Shown: positions 1-11,249, counted from the first letter of the stretch. The stretch is 33,411 bases of DNA from Guillardia theta CCMP2712 (GCF_000315625.1 NW_005434577.1:1-33411); one strand, 5' to 3'. Numbers and translations: made by a program. The notes: generated by a model from the letters alone, not told the origin.

Positions 1-279
1 GGGGGGGAGGGGAGAGGAGGGTATGTGACGAGAACTGAACCCACGTAGCACATGATTTGGTTTACCAGAGAGTTTGACTCCATGACTGGAGTCTAGAAAT
101 ACTTGTTTTGCTCGCAACTTGCAGTTGTAATGCTTTCAGTAGCGCTCCTGTGTTGCCCTTGTCAGATTCCTCACATCATGACTTCCTCACATCATGACGT
201 GACGAGCGAATTTTGTCAGGTTGCAGAACAAGAAACGGGAGAGAGACATCCTGACAACTCCTCTGCTCTGCTCCCAACA

Positions 280-1787
280 ATGGAAGATCTGACAGCGCAA
301 ATGGCTGGGGCTGTCCAACAGATGAACTTAGAGGACGTGTCTCCTGCGACAAGATTGCTGGAGAAGAGGAGACAGATGTTCGAAGTGCAGGTGCGACATC
401 GTATCATGCCCTGACGTGCTCCTGTTGAGATGAAACTCGCCGGTCGTCCTCGCTCCTTCCTGACCCACTTCATGCAGGAAGCGCTTGAGACTCAGAAGGA
501 GGAGTTTGCGAGGAGGGAGGAGCTGTTCAAGAGGAGGGAGGAGCAGCTGAGGAAGCAGGATCTCGAGCTGCAGCAATCTCTGATCCGCTTCAACAAGTTC
601 CTGCAGGAGAACGACTCTAAGCTGACGAGGGCGGAGAAGAAAGCGACGGAGGAGATAAAGATGAGGGAGCAGAAGGAGAAAGAGATCCAGGAGCTGAGCA
701 TGCAGATGGACGAGCTGTCCAAGGTCAAGGACGAAATGAAGGCGATCCTGGACAAGAACCTCGTGTACGAAAGTACCTCCTCTCTGTCCTGGAGCAGTCC
801 GACGATTTTAACGAGATAGGGGATCTGTTGAAGCGCTATGAAACCCTCAAGGCGCACCACAAGGACCTGCAGGACAGGGCGGCCAAGGTGGTGTCCTTGA
901 ACGACGATTACAGGAACGAGCTGCAGGCGTACATGAAGGAGGGGCAGGACACGAAGCTCAAGGGCCACAACGAGATCGCAATGCTGCAGAAGACGTTGGA
1001 GGAGTACCAACTCGACTCGCTGGTGGCTGGAAGGTGACGAAGGGAGGAGGAGGGGAAGAGGGGAGGGGGTGAAGCACGATGGACAAAGGGAGGACGAAAG
1101 GGAGAGGGAGGGTGAAGAGAAGGCGAGGCACATGGGAGGAGGAGGACGATATCGACGAAGGAGGGCATGACGAGGGTTGGGGGGAGTGGAGGAGGAGGAG
1201 GAGGAGGAGGAGGAGGAGGAGGAGATCGATTTATGATCAAGCCTGTGGCAGCTCACGGGAGAGGATGTTAGAGGAAGGAGCTGAGCGAGTGCTGGAGTAC
1301 GGCAAATGCTTGATGGTGATCAACAACTTGTACGAGAGGGCTCGATCCAAGTCGAAGATGAAACAAGTGTTCACTTCGGGTATGAAGATACTGTGACTCC
1401 CGCTGGAACACTTTCCCTTTGCCTGACTCGGACAAGAGCAGTCGTCGAGATGTTCTGACTGACTTGAGTTCCAGAACGGTCAGATCCCTAACGCTCTTGT
1501 CTGCAGACACCGCGGAGCAGTTGAAAATGATTCAAGAGTTTGTTCGGGACTTGTCCTATATCGTTCAGATGGTCTCTAAGGTAATTGACTGTAAGGGCTT
1601 GAGAACGGGAAGGAGAGGAGGAGGAGGAGGAGGAGGAGGAGGAGGAGGAGGAGGAGGAGGAGGAGGAGGCAGAATGGCAGTTGGAGGCAGTTGGAATACA
1701 AGGGGAAAGCTCGCCATCTCTGCCTGACAGGTTCCTCGCAGAGTTCAAATCCGGCAGGCAGCGGGCAGGGCAAGACAAATTGAGTGA
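280..1787 (+). CDS. Coiled-coil cilia/flagella protein of the CCDC42/CFAP73 (DUF4200) family; 5 exons; apparent 1-nt deletion near 770
   Basis: Exons 280-390, 478-1033, 1252-1379, 1507-1580, 1731-1787, all with GT..AG borders and compatible phases. Motifs SPATRLLEKRRQMFEVQEALETQKEEF, LQQSLIRFNKFLQENDSK, (frameshift) YLLSVLEQSDDFNEIGDLLKRYETL and DTAEQLKMIQEFVRDL are typical of the family. Confidence 0.85.
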
Positions 1788-2089
1788 AGGAGATCAGCTG
1801 GAAGCTGCATCCGATAGATCAGCTGGAAGCTGGCATCCGACAAGGAGGAGATGCGATCGCGATCCAGTTCCGTGGAGCAAAGGAGGATAGGAGAGGCCCT
1901 GAGGGCAGGACTCAGTCGGGATCGGACAGGTCAGGATAGGACAGGACAGGCAGCCTTCACAGGAGCCGCGCAGAGAGAGGAGAGGAGGGGACGGAGTGAG
2001 AGGAGCCCCGCCGGATTCATTCAAGTTGTTAGTATTATGCTCGCAATAGGCGATGCCAGTGTGACTTTATGAAAGTAACGATATGCAAG

Positions 2090-2460
2090 ACTGACGGGGA
2101 GACGCTGGACTCAGTACTGCCACTCACTGCCGTTATCCGCCGCCGGCTCCGACTCCGAGTCCCCCGGGCCCGGTGACAGAGTCTGTCCCGGACTCCCGGG
2201 AGTCCGATCACCCTCCGAGGCTCAGGCCCTGTCACTGCACGGCACTGCGGCAGTCCTGGCAACCCAGCAGGGCTCAGTGGGCCGGGCGCGGCGCGGCCCG
2301 CCGCGCCGCCGTCCCGCCGGCTGCCGCCGGGCCCGGGGGCCACACCAGGCTGCCGCAAGTTGAAGGAAACGGTTGAACCCTGACCGTTGAATCGTCACGT
2401 GACTCACTGGCATGACAAGTGACAAGGCGAGTCCGGGGAGTACGGTCCGATCAACCGACT
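2090..2460. other. GC/CpG-rich intergenic island rich in CCGG, GACTC/GAGTC and CAGT words
   Basis: Composition differs sharply from the flanks and there is no credible ORF. A similar island lies at 31540-31970. Confidence 0.55.
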
Positions 2461-2477
2461 CCGAGCTTTTTACTCAA

Positions 2478-2504
2478 AGTTAAGTTAAAAATCAGTACGA
2501 GGAC
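2478..2504 (+). repeat. 27-bp motif AGTTAAGTTAAAAATCAGTACGAGGAC, copy 1, preceded by TTTACTCAA at 2469-2477
   Basis: 26/27 identical to the reverse complement of 31740-31766. Confidence 0.9.
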
Positions 2505-2869
2505 AATCAGGAGAGTCGAGGAGGCTTGACCCTGACACTGTCGCACAGGCCAAACGGCGAGAAGAGAAAGAGTTCAGTGCGAGCACTGAACTCCGGAGGC
2601 TCGTGACGCGGCCCGGAGTTGAATTCCGAAACACTAGTGACAAGGAACCGCAAGGAACCACCAAGTTGACACTACGAGGAACCACCGTTGAAGTTCAAAG
2701 TTAAGGAGAGCGTTTCGAATTTGAAATCTAATATTTGAAATTAGAAAGAAATAAATGAAAAAATTCAGTGAAATTTGGACGTGCATTTTCAAATCCACAC
2801 TTCCTTGATATTTTTTATCACCCCACTTGTTTTGAGAACCAATGCCGATCTTTTTAAAAGATCTCAATG

Positions 2870-3210
2870 GGAAAAAGGGTGGGTGAAGAACTTTAGAATG
2901 TGGGGTAGGGGTAGTAACAGGTGGTGTCCCGCTCGGTCAGGGTGCGTGGGGTAGGCAAAAAATGTTTTTTCATGTCATAAGGGAGGGGGGTACGAGATGA
3001 AACGATGCGGTTTGCGATAATGACTGTTGGTGGATTGAGAGGGGTGGGGTGGTGCCCTGCAAGTACCAACGTAAATATTCTAAATGTGACTATATTTTGA
3101 GGGGTGGGGGATTAATTTCTTTGGCAAGGGGGGTAGTTGTATCCCAGGTGTTCATTTTATGTTTATCAACTATTAAGGGGGGTGGGTGGGGGTGGTTCCG
3201 GGGTAGGCTG
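2870..3210 (+). promoter_or_regulatory. GGGGT(G/A)GG motif cluster 1, G-rich on + (G-quadruplex potential)
   Basis: Repeated ggggtaggggg, ggggtggggtgg, ggggtggggg and ggggggtgggtggggggtgg with AT-rich spacers, upstream of the + strand gene at 3730. Regulatory role is inferred. Confidence 0.55.
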
Positions 3211-3729
3211 TGAATGGAATGGGCACGAGAGTGATGGAGAGGAATGGGGAGGAGCGGGAAGAGGGAAGAGGATAGCGAGATCTGGAATGTGAGGGATCAA
3301 GTGAGGAAAGGGTCTAGTGGAATAGCAAGCAGAGCTGGAAGGAGAACAGACACTGAGGGACGAAGAATATGACTATGACTATGTACTCACACGATCCTCG
3401 ATTGGCCGAAGTGCTGGCTCTAGTATGGCTTCTGCTGAGATTTTTCACTTTGCGACTTGCTTCTGACCACTTCTCACTCTTGAATCCATGGAATTCCATC
3501 CTCACCTCTTGAATCCATGAGATTCGATCCTCGTCCTGCTGTCATCGCATAATGCTCGTTTTTCAACCCCTTCAGAGCAGTCGCCATCTCATCTCACGTT
3601 GCATGCAGGAGGAGGCGATGCTGACGACGAACACAGACATACTGCTGCTCTGATTGCCGCCGAACTTGTAGAGATGGAACTGAGAGCAGCAGGCGCGTCC
3701 CATGGGACCGCGGATTGAAACCAAGTCCC

Positions 3730-4704
3730 ATGGAAGAAAACATCCACCCGGGGCCTGCTCGAACCGCGGGCTCTTCACAGGACTCCCGAGACGACACCCG
3801 CGTTCAAGATGCTCACAGTGAGTTTCCCAGCTGCTGGTTCGACTTCCTCGTGGAGACGGCCAGCAGACCGGGCTACCACCTGCACAGGGAGCTCGTAGCA
3901 TCGAGGGAAACGATCCTCGGCAAAGACAAGATGAAGATCCTCTGCTCCTCCCACCCGCTCAAGTGGTTTTTGGCCATGAGGCCGTTCCAGTTCCTCCTCT
4001 TCCTATTCGCTGTCATCATCGTCCTTGCACCCTGGAGCAGGACGGCAGTATGGGCGCGCCCTTCCCCGCCCTTGCCCCACGTTCCTCCCTCCCGCTTCTT
4101 TCGATTCACCGCGAGGAGGCTGCGGAATGGGCAAGAAGGAAGCCAGATCTCCTCTCATGGCGTCTCCTCCTTTGGGATCTTGTCGAAAGGCTGCAGACTA
4201 CCCAGCGCTTACCAGCCGTCCGCGGAGGATGCGAACCAGTCGTACGTGACCTACTCCTCCTCCTCCTCCTCCTCCCTCCTCCTGGAGTTCCGGGAAGCTG
4301 TGCAGTTCGATGGCTGGTTCCTGGTGGGCTCCAACTGGACTGACGAGCATGCACCTGTCGACTTCACTCTAGAGTCTTCGAGCGACGGGACACACTGGCT
4401 AGTCTTCGTGTTTTCCGGCACCTGCTCCCTCAACAGAGTGGTCAACGTTTCCGACTCTCCCCAGCTGCCCAGCGAGCTGTACTCCTCCCTTGGAACTCCG
4501 CTGGAGCAGGAGGAGCTGGTTCTGTTCGAGTGGAGCTCCATGGGCTGCGTGTGGCCTTTCTACGTCAGCATCCTCGTCCGATGCTGCCAGGCTCTTGGCA
4601 TCCTCCTCGCCATCGTTGCTGCCACCTACCACCAGCACTCGCGATCAGTGCAGGTTGTAGTTCGAACATGTTTGGATGGTGATGATGATGATGACGATGA
4701 TGAC

Positions 4705-4736
<32 letters not shown>

Positions 4737-6132
4737 CAACGACGATAGTGATGATAATGGAGACGATGATGATGATGATCGGGATGGGGATGGGGATGAA
4801 GTTGGAGGCGATGACATTGATCGATTTTCGTGTAGATCTTCTGCGTGGGTTACTTCGTCTCGGCACTGATTGACATCATCACCTTTTCTGTCAAGCACGA
4901 AAGTCTCCTCTGGTCTTCCCCCACCTCCGACCTCGTCGAGGCTCTAACTGTGAGCCTCCTCCCTCCCTCCCTCCCTCCCTCCCTCCCTCCCATCCCTCCC
5001 TCCCTCCCTTCCTCCCTCCCCTCCCCTCCCCTCCCCTCCCCTCCCTCCCTCCCTCCTCTCCCTAACCTCCCCTCCCTCCCCTAACCTCCCCTTCCTCCCT
5101 CCCATCCCTCCCTCCCTCTTCTCCTTCCAAGTGCTCCCCTGACAACTCTCTCAGATCCTCTTTGTCTTCCCCTGCCCCCTCCTGCTGGACGAGTCGTTGG
5201 TGCTGGAGCTGGGGTTGATTTCAGGGATTATCTTGAGCGTTTCCGTTGGGCTCTTGGACAGGAACGCCAGCTACATATATGTGGTGCTGGTATTTCTTGC
5301 TCTGATTCTACTGCGGGAGCATCTCAAGCGGGAGTCGAGGAGGAGGTTGTCTCGATTCGCTCACAAGTCGGAGGAGAGGTGGCAGGCAGTTGTTGCCGAG
5401 ACGGATCAGAGCACGCTGCTGGCCCTATCTGAGCTGCACAACAACTTTGTACGGAGGAAGGGTGGGACCTTGGTTCAGGTCCGCGTGTCGTTGCGGGAGA
5501 TGTTGGAGGTGGCAGGAGAGGGGAGTGTGCTCGGGTCCGTCGGTATCGCCGACTCCTCCTCTCCTCCCCATCACTTCTCCAACATCGCCACCCCCAGCCA
5601 CTCCTCTCACCCCGCCTTCGCCTCCTTCGCCTCTGCCGTCTTGTCCTCGGAGCAGGCGATCGCTTCCTTCGACCAGCTGTACGCGCAGGCCGTCACGTGC
5701 AACGAGCTCTTCAGGAGGAAGATCGCGCTGCTGGTAGCGAGCTGGAAGGAAAGCAACCCAAGGGCCTCCATCAGCTTCATCCCCCTCCCCGTCAAGAGCG
5801 TCTCCTCCTGCCAGGAGAAGATCCTCTGGAACTACGACGGGGACGTCTCGAGGCTGCTGGACGTGGTGAGGCAGCGGGTGGTGCTGGGGAGGGTCGAGGA
5901 GCTTCTCAGCTTCTTCGAGAGCATCAGGAAGGACGATGATCTGAAGCTAGTGAGGGTAAAGAACAGGTTCGACCCCAACTACAGCAGTGAGAGGTCAGGA
6001 GGGTACCGCGACCTCTGCCTGAAGCTCCGGCTGGTTACTCCAGACACTCGCTTCTTCGGCACCCTCGCCCTCGTCTGCGAACTTCGGCTCGCGCTACAGC
6101 AGCTGCAGGAGGAGGGAGCAGCAGGATCAAGC

Positions 6133-6185
<53 letters not shown>

Positions 6186-8486
6186 CGGCACAACAGCAGA
6201 AGCAGAAGCAGGAGCAGGCGCAGGAGCAGGAGACGGCACAGCAGCAGCAGCAGCAGGAGCAGGAGCAGGAGCAGGCGCAGGAGCTGGGGCAGGGGCACCG
6301 GTGGTGGACGATGCTATCAATCGCTTCCGCCGCCTGCACAAGTTCAGCCTGAGGAGGAGGGTCGGCACCATGATCGCGCGCCTGACGCCTCGGCTGCAAG
6401 CGCTCAAGGTTGACCAGCAGCGTGTCCGTCGGCTCTCGAGGATCTGCATCGACGCGTTCAGGCAGGGTGATGACGCGGCAACGTCCCTCGACACCTTCTA
6501 CCGCTCAGCCATCCGCGACCTCTCAGTGCTCAAGAGGTTCAAGGACAACCTGCGGCAGAAGTGCCTGTTTGCGGGAGACACCCTAGACGCTCGCCTGCTG
6601 GAGCTGCGCCATGCAGTGAAGCGAGCTGGAGTCTCCAGCGTGCTCTTCACCTCCATCCCCTGCACCCTGGCGATCCAGAAGCCCTGGTTCAAGCTCGTGC
6701 TCCTCGCGTGCGGCCTCTACTTCCTCCTCTACGTCTTCGGTCCCGGCGAGAGGATGCAGGAGGTGGCGCGAGGGAATAAGTTCTCCGTGAAGCTCGCCAA
6801 GCTCACTGTCCTGCAGCGGCGGGAGGAGGGCTGGAAGTCCAACTACACGCTCAGAGCTGGGTTCATGCTGAACGGGTGCAGGGTCGGCGACGAGGCCAAG
6901 TGGGAGGAGGACGGGGAGAATTTCTACTTCTCCCTGCCCTCCCTGCTGACCGCCAACTCCTGGTACTTCATCACTGACAGCCGCCAGGACAGTGCAGGAG
7001 GCGATCCCGTCCGCTTCGAGCTCCGCGTCTCCTCCTCCTCCTCCTCCAGCTCCGCCAGGCAGGTCCCGCCCGACAGCTGGGAGCTCGTGTCGGGACCGAT
7101 TGCCTTTGGAGCCTGACGGGGACGGGCTGCGTTCCCAGCTCGTCTGTGCAGTACGGGACGAGCTTGGAGAGGTCAGCTGAGAATGTTGTCCAGCTGCAGT
7201 GCCCCTGGTACCATGTGGTTGGATCTGTCTTCGTCTACCTCCCGATGATTGCAGGATGCATCCTGGGGCCAGTGCTGAGTGCGGCGGGGAGGACGAGGTC
7301 GGGGATCCTGACGTTCTCCCTTGCGTTCTGGGCTCCGGGGGTGATGGAGATCTTTGTTGGGATCATGTTTGCTCGGGAGGGGCGGGAGGTCAACATGGTG
7401 TACTGGATGACGCTGGGACTGTCGTCGTTGGCCATGGGCGTAATCCTGGTGCTCAAGGAGGAGCTCTTCCTGCCTTACATCCCGTTTCACTTCCTGGTGT
7501 GCGTTTTCGGGCTCAACTTCCATACCCGGTATGTCTTCCGCCAGGCCCAAGTCGAGGTGCCCCTCTCCGCTTCTATCCTCTTCTTCTCGTGGGTTGCTGT
7601 GTGGCTGCTGAGGAGGATAGCGATCTATCGCTCCTCCCTTGCGATCAGGGACGACGTTCGCAAGTACGACGAGACTTGGTCCAGTCTCCTGCAGCAGCCC
7701 GAGACCTCCCAGACCCTCCTGGACCTCCGCAGCACCGTCGACTCCTTCCCCTCCTTGCGCACCGACTTGATCTTGCAGGAGCAGCAGGAGCAGGAGCAGG
7801 AGCAGAGTCATGGACACGGAAACGGAGAAGGACGGGAAGAGGAGAAAAGGGAGGGTTCGAGGATCATCGACGTCTTTGCTCGCTTCTTGCGGATCTCGAA
7901 GAAGAGGAGGAGAAGAAATGCGATTGTGTGCCTGGATCAGCTGTACAACCAGGCGATGCTCTTGGAGCTTCCTTTCCTTCTTAAGGTCCAGTCCCTGACA
8001 AGGCAGTGCGGGGGCTACGTCCAGGTCGTGGAGGACAGCAACGAGCCAGTGTGGGTCAAGTACAGCCATACGGAGGAGGAGCTCACGTATAAGTGGGCAG
8101 AGCTGAAGAGCGTCGACCGATCGATCGAAAAGCTCAGCAGGTCGTACAAGGGACGCGCGTCTCGCCTGCTCGACGTGGTCCGGCAGTGTATCGTCTTCGA
8201 TTCACTGGAGGCGATCGTGGGCTGCCTGCGGCTGATCGCGGAGGACGAGGAGCTGAGAACCCTGCGGGTGAAGAACAGGTTCGACCCGAGCTACAGAACG
8301 GATCTTTCTGGGGGGTACCGTGACGTCTGCCTGAACGTCCAGCTGAGGACGGAGGAGACGAGGAGGATGAGGATTGACCAGCACGTCTGTGAGCTGCAGC
8401 TCTCCCTGAGAGAGTACAAAGTCTGGACTGTGCAGGGCAATGGACACAAGCGATACGTTGCGTACCGCAACCACAGGGGAGAGTGA
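3730..8486 (+). CDS. Polytopic membrane protein (~1,450 aa) of two tandem modules: TM, discoidin/galactose-binding-like ectodomain, 5 TM, RelA/SpoT-like nucleotidyltransferase
   Basis: Exons 3730-4653, 4836-4949, 5155-8486, with a frame discontinuity at ~7092. NT1: KSVSSCQEKI..DVSRLLDVVRQR..RVKNRFDP..GGYRDL..VCELRL. NT2: LKSVDRSIEKL..RLLDVVRQ..RVKNRFDP..GGYRDV..HVCELQL. Ectodomains: FDGWFL..APVDFTLESSSDGTHW and ANSWYF..DPVRFELRVS..SW. Confidence 0.8.
4677..4800 (+). repeat. (GAT)n microsatellite in intron 4654-4835
   Basis: Directly visible. Confidence 0.95.
6115..6295 (+). repeat. In-frame (GCA)n/(GCAGGA)n tract encoding a poly-Ala/Ala-Gly linker after NT1
   Basis: Lies inside the 5197-7116 open frame; no convincing flanking splice sites. 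Confidence 0.8.
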
Positions 8487-8508
8487 GGAGGAGGAGGAGA
8501 ATCATGAG

Positions 8509-8541
<33 letters not shown>

Positions 8542-8754
8542 GAGAGTCAGAGGGCAGGGTTAGAAGGAGGACAGTTTTTGGTGTATTCTTTTTCTCAGAG
8601 ATGATGTTTGTTTCCTGTGTATTCATTCCAACAACAACAGCATGTATATATAAATTGTAAAGTTCCTTCACTAAACAAACCAAAAGACGCCTCTGCACCA
8701 GCCGACGAGATCGTCGTCCCACCTATGTACATTTCTACTCCCATACCTCCTCCC

Positions 8755-8869
8755 TCACATCTGCACCTCCTCCCCGATCGAGTTCCTGTACGTCCGCTTG
8801 TTCACGATGATGTCCATGGCGTCTTGCAGCGCAGCGATCTGCTGCAGCCGCGAGGGCGAGCCCGGCACA

Positions 8870-8911
<42 letters not shown>

Positions 8912-9018
8912 TCTTGGATGGCCGATGACAAGATCGAGCCAGCTTGCAGGTCCTCCTCAGCAACAGAGATCTCAGGAGGAGATAGCGAGTGCTTGGCGTG
9001 AAAGAGGCTGTATCGCAT
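8755..9018 (-). CDS. Small unknown protein, paralog A (3' part; true start uncertain)
   Basis: Ends SPSRLQQIAALQDAMDIIVNKRTYRNSIGEEVQM*. The same motif occurs in paralogs B and C, with homology stopping at the stop codon. Confidence 0.6.
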
Positions 9019-9600
9019 GAGGGAAGAAGATGATGGGGGGAGGAGGGAGGAGAGAGGAACGCGGGCAATGGCAGACAGGGAGAGGGAGGAGCACGAGACG
9101 AGTCAGCGCACGGAGAAGTCGAGGAGGAGAGAGAAGGAGAGGCAAGAAGGAGGAAGGAGCAGCAGCAGGAGCAGGAGCAGGATGCGTAGGGGAGTAGAGG
9201 GATGGAGGGGGAGGGTATGGGGAGACCTGGGAGGAGGGGAGCTGAAGTGGACGGAGACGTAGAAGGGAAGGAGGGGGAGGGGAACAATGGCAGGTGCTAG
9301 AGTGGGGAAGGCTGTTGAAACGGCGCAAGAGGAGCAAAAGGATCTTTACTACATTGCGGCACGGCGGACGAAACAATGTGTACGTACGTCCATTCGTGAA
9401 GGTTACATTATGATGACAAATGATTACGACAAACGGTGCGATAACGCATCCTTTGATAACCTTGACAGCGTCATTAAGAGTAACGTACGTTCAAATGCCA
9501 TGTCCTGTCACGCATCGACCTCTTCAGCCTTTTGCTCCTGGAAACCCCGTGACCCGGCGCCGGGGTTGCGGAGGAAGAGAAGGAAGCAATGGCGGGTTGG

Positions 9601-9834
9601 ACGACTTCGGGCAGGCATGTTCTCCGTTTCTAATGATCATGCTGACTTCGAAGCGATGGCATCAAGAGTTTCTTTGCTCAGTGTTTATCATCATCCTCTG
9701 CAATGATTGGATCTCAGATCTCCCTTGAACGCGAGTGAGTGAGTAGGCATATGACGACTTCCGGCAGGCATGTTCTCCCTTTCTCGCCTCCTCCCTCAGT
9801 TTCCTTGCTTGGTGTGTTTATTATCATCCTCTGC
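9601..9834 (+). repeat. Degenerate direct duplication (9601-9701 vs 9754-9834)
   Basis: acgacttc(g/c)ggcaggcatgttctcc ... gtttc(t/c)ttgct ... gtgtttat(c/t)atcatcctctgc occurs twice. Confidence 0.75.
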
Positions 9835-9978
9835 TTTCATAAAAGCCTATAAGCACATCTTCTTACGTCTTTCCGACGATGTCTCGTCGCTCCTCTTTAC
9901 TTCCTCTCTTATTGCACGACAAAGTCCTCCCTGCCCATGTCGACCCTCGCATGTTCTCACGACAAGAACTTCCTGTAG

Positions 9979-10305
9979 TCACATCTGCACCTCCTCTCCG
10001 ATCGAGTTCCTGTACGTCCGCTTGTTCACGATGATGTCCATGGCGTCTTGCAGCGCAGCGATCTGCTGCAGCCGCGAGGGCGAGCCCGGCGCAGACGAGG
10101 ACGAGGACGAAGAGGAGGACGAACACGTAGAGAAGAACAGTCCTCTGCATTCTTCTTCATGGCGGGGGCTCAGATCAGCTGACGGGATTTCGGATACGAG
10201 AGGAGAGATAGAGATGTTCTTGGAATGGCAGAGATGAAAATGCATGGTGAGAGCGGGAAAGCCAGGACTGACACAGAAGCGAAAGTGCCTGTCAATAATG
10301 GGCAA
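9979..10305 (-). CDS. Small unknown protein, paralog B (3' part; true start uncertain)
   Basis: The last 132 bp are 130/132 identical to paralog A; upstream sequence is unrelated. Confidence 0.6.
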   Translation of the reverse strand: MPIIDRHFRFCVSPGFPALTMHFHLCHSKNISISPLVSEIPSADLSPRHEEECRGLFFSTCSSSSSSSSSSAPGSPSRLQQIAALQDAMDIIVNKRTYRNSIGEEVQM

Positions 10306-10669
10306 GGATGAAGAAGAGATTTTTCAGAGCTGATGGGAGAGGAACATGAGGCAAGATGAACACGATGGCGAGTCTTGTGTGGAATGGGAGGAGAAAAACA
10401 GGTGGAGGAGGAACGAGGAGGAGGAGGAGAAACGAAGGAGAGGAGGAACGAGCAGGAGGAGGAACGAGGAGGAACGAGCAGGAGCGAGGAGGAACGAGGA
10501 ACGAGGAGGAGGAGGAACGAGGAGGATGGGAGCGGACACAGGGAGGCATCGATAAGGAACAGGAAGCCTTACAGGGAGAGGGGATCAGGACTTAAAGCTA
10601 CATTCTCGAAAAAGCTCGATTTCAATACTGTGCAAGAATTTTTTTTGGAACCTGAGTTGACCTACACAA

Positions 10670-10910
10670 GATCACCACCACCCCTTTTTAACCCCCTTCG
10701 CTACCCCTCCTATCACTGCTTTACACCACCCCACCTGACAAAGATGGAAGGCACCCTACCCATCTTTTCCCCCTCATTGACTGGGAATACAGGGGTACAG
10801 TATTACCCACCCCCATGCTTTTCGAAACGCGTTCACGAAAGGAAGTTCTTTCAGGAACGATCAGGTAACCGTCACCCTTCGACCCCTTTGCTGTACCCCC
10901 CACCCATGTA
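10670..10910 (-). promoter_or_regulatory. GGGGT motif cluster 2, G-rich on -
   Basis: On +: ccaccaccccttttt, ctacccctcc, caccaccccacc, tacccaccccca, taccccccaccc. Lies between divergent paralogs B (-) and C (+). Confidence 0.55.
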
Positions 10911-11249
10911 TTTCATTTTACAATGAGGGGTGAGAGGTCATGGAACGGGACCTCTTGGCCTTTTCTCCTGCTAGTGTGCTCGTGCCCTTTTAACTCGTGC
11001 TCCCCTCGACTCCTTTGCGCCCTCGTTTATTCGCCCCCTCCCTCCCTCCCTCCCTACTTCCTCGACTTCCTCCTCGACCTCCATCCATCCTTCTTCTCCC
11101 CACCGTCCTCACCGTCCTCACCGTCCTCACCGTCCTCACCGTCCTCACCGTCCTCACCCACCTCCGTCCCGCTCCCTCCGTCCTGCTCTTGCCTTCCTCT
11201 GCACCGGCTCTCTGTCACGGCAGTCACGATCCGCCTCAATTTGCCCTAG

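Noticed and set aside
168-199. Short tandem duplications (168-199, ~1791-1840, ~3477-3531)
   Set aside because: Two-copy local slippage events in UTR or intergenic DNA with no sign of function.
5479-5655. Possible extra intron before NT1
   Set aside because: The frame is open and module 2 has a low-complexity insert at the same position, so it is left as coding; RNA-seq would settle it.
5197-8486. Two separate genes of 639 aa and 446 aa
   Set aside because: The break falls mid-ectodomain and alignment with module 1 continues across it.
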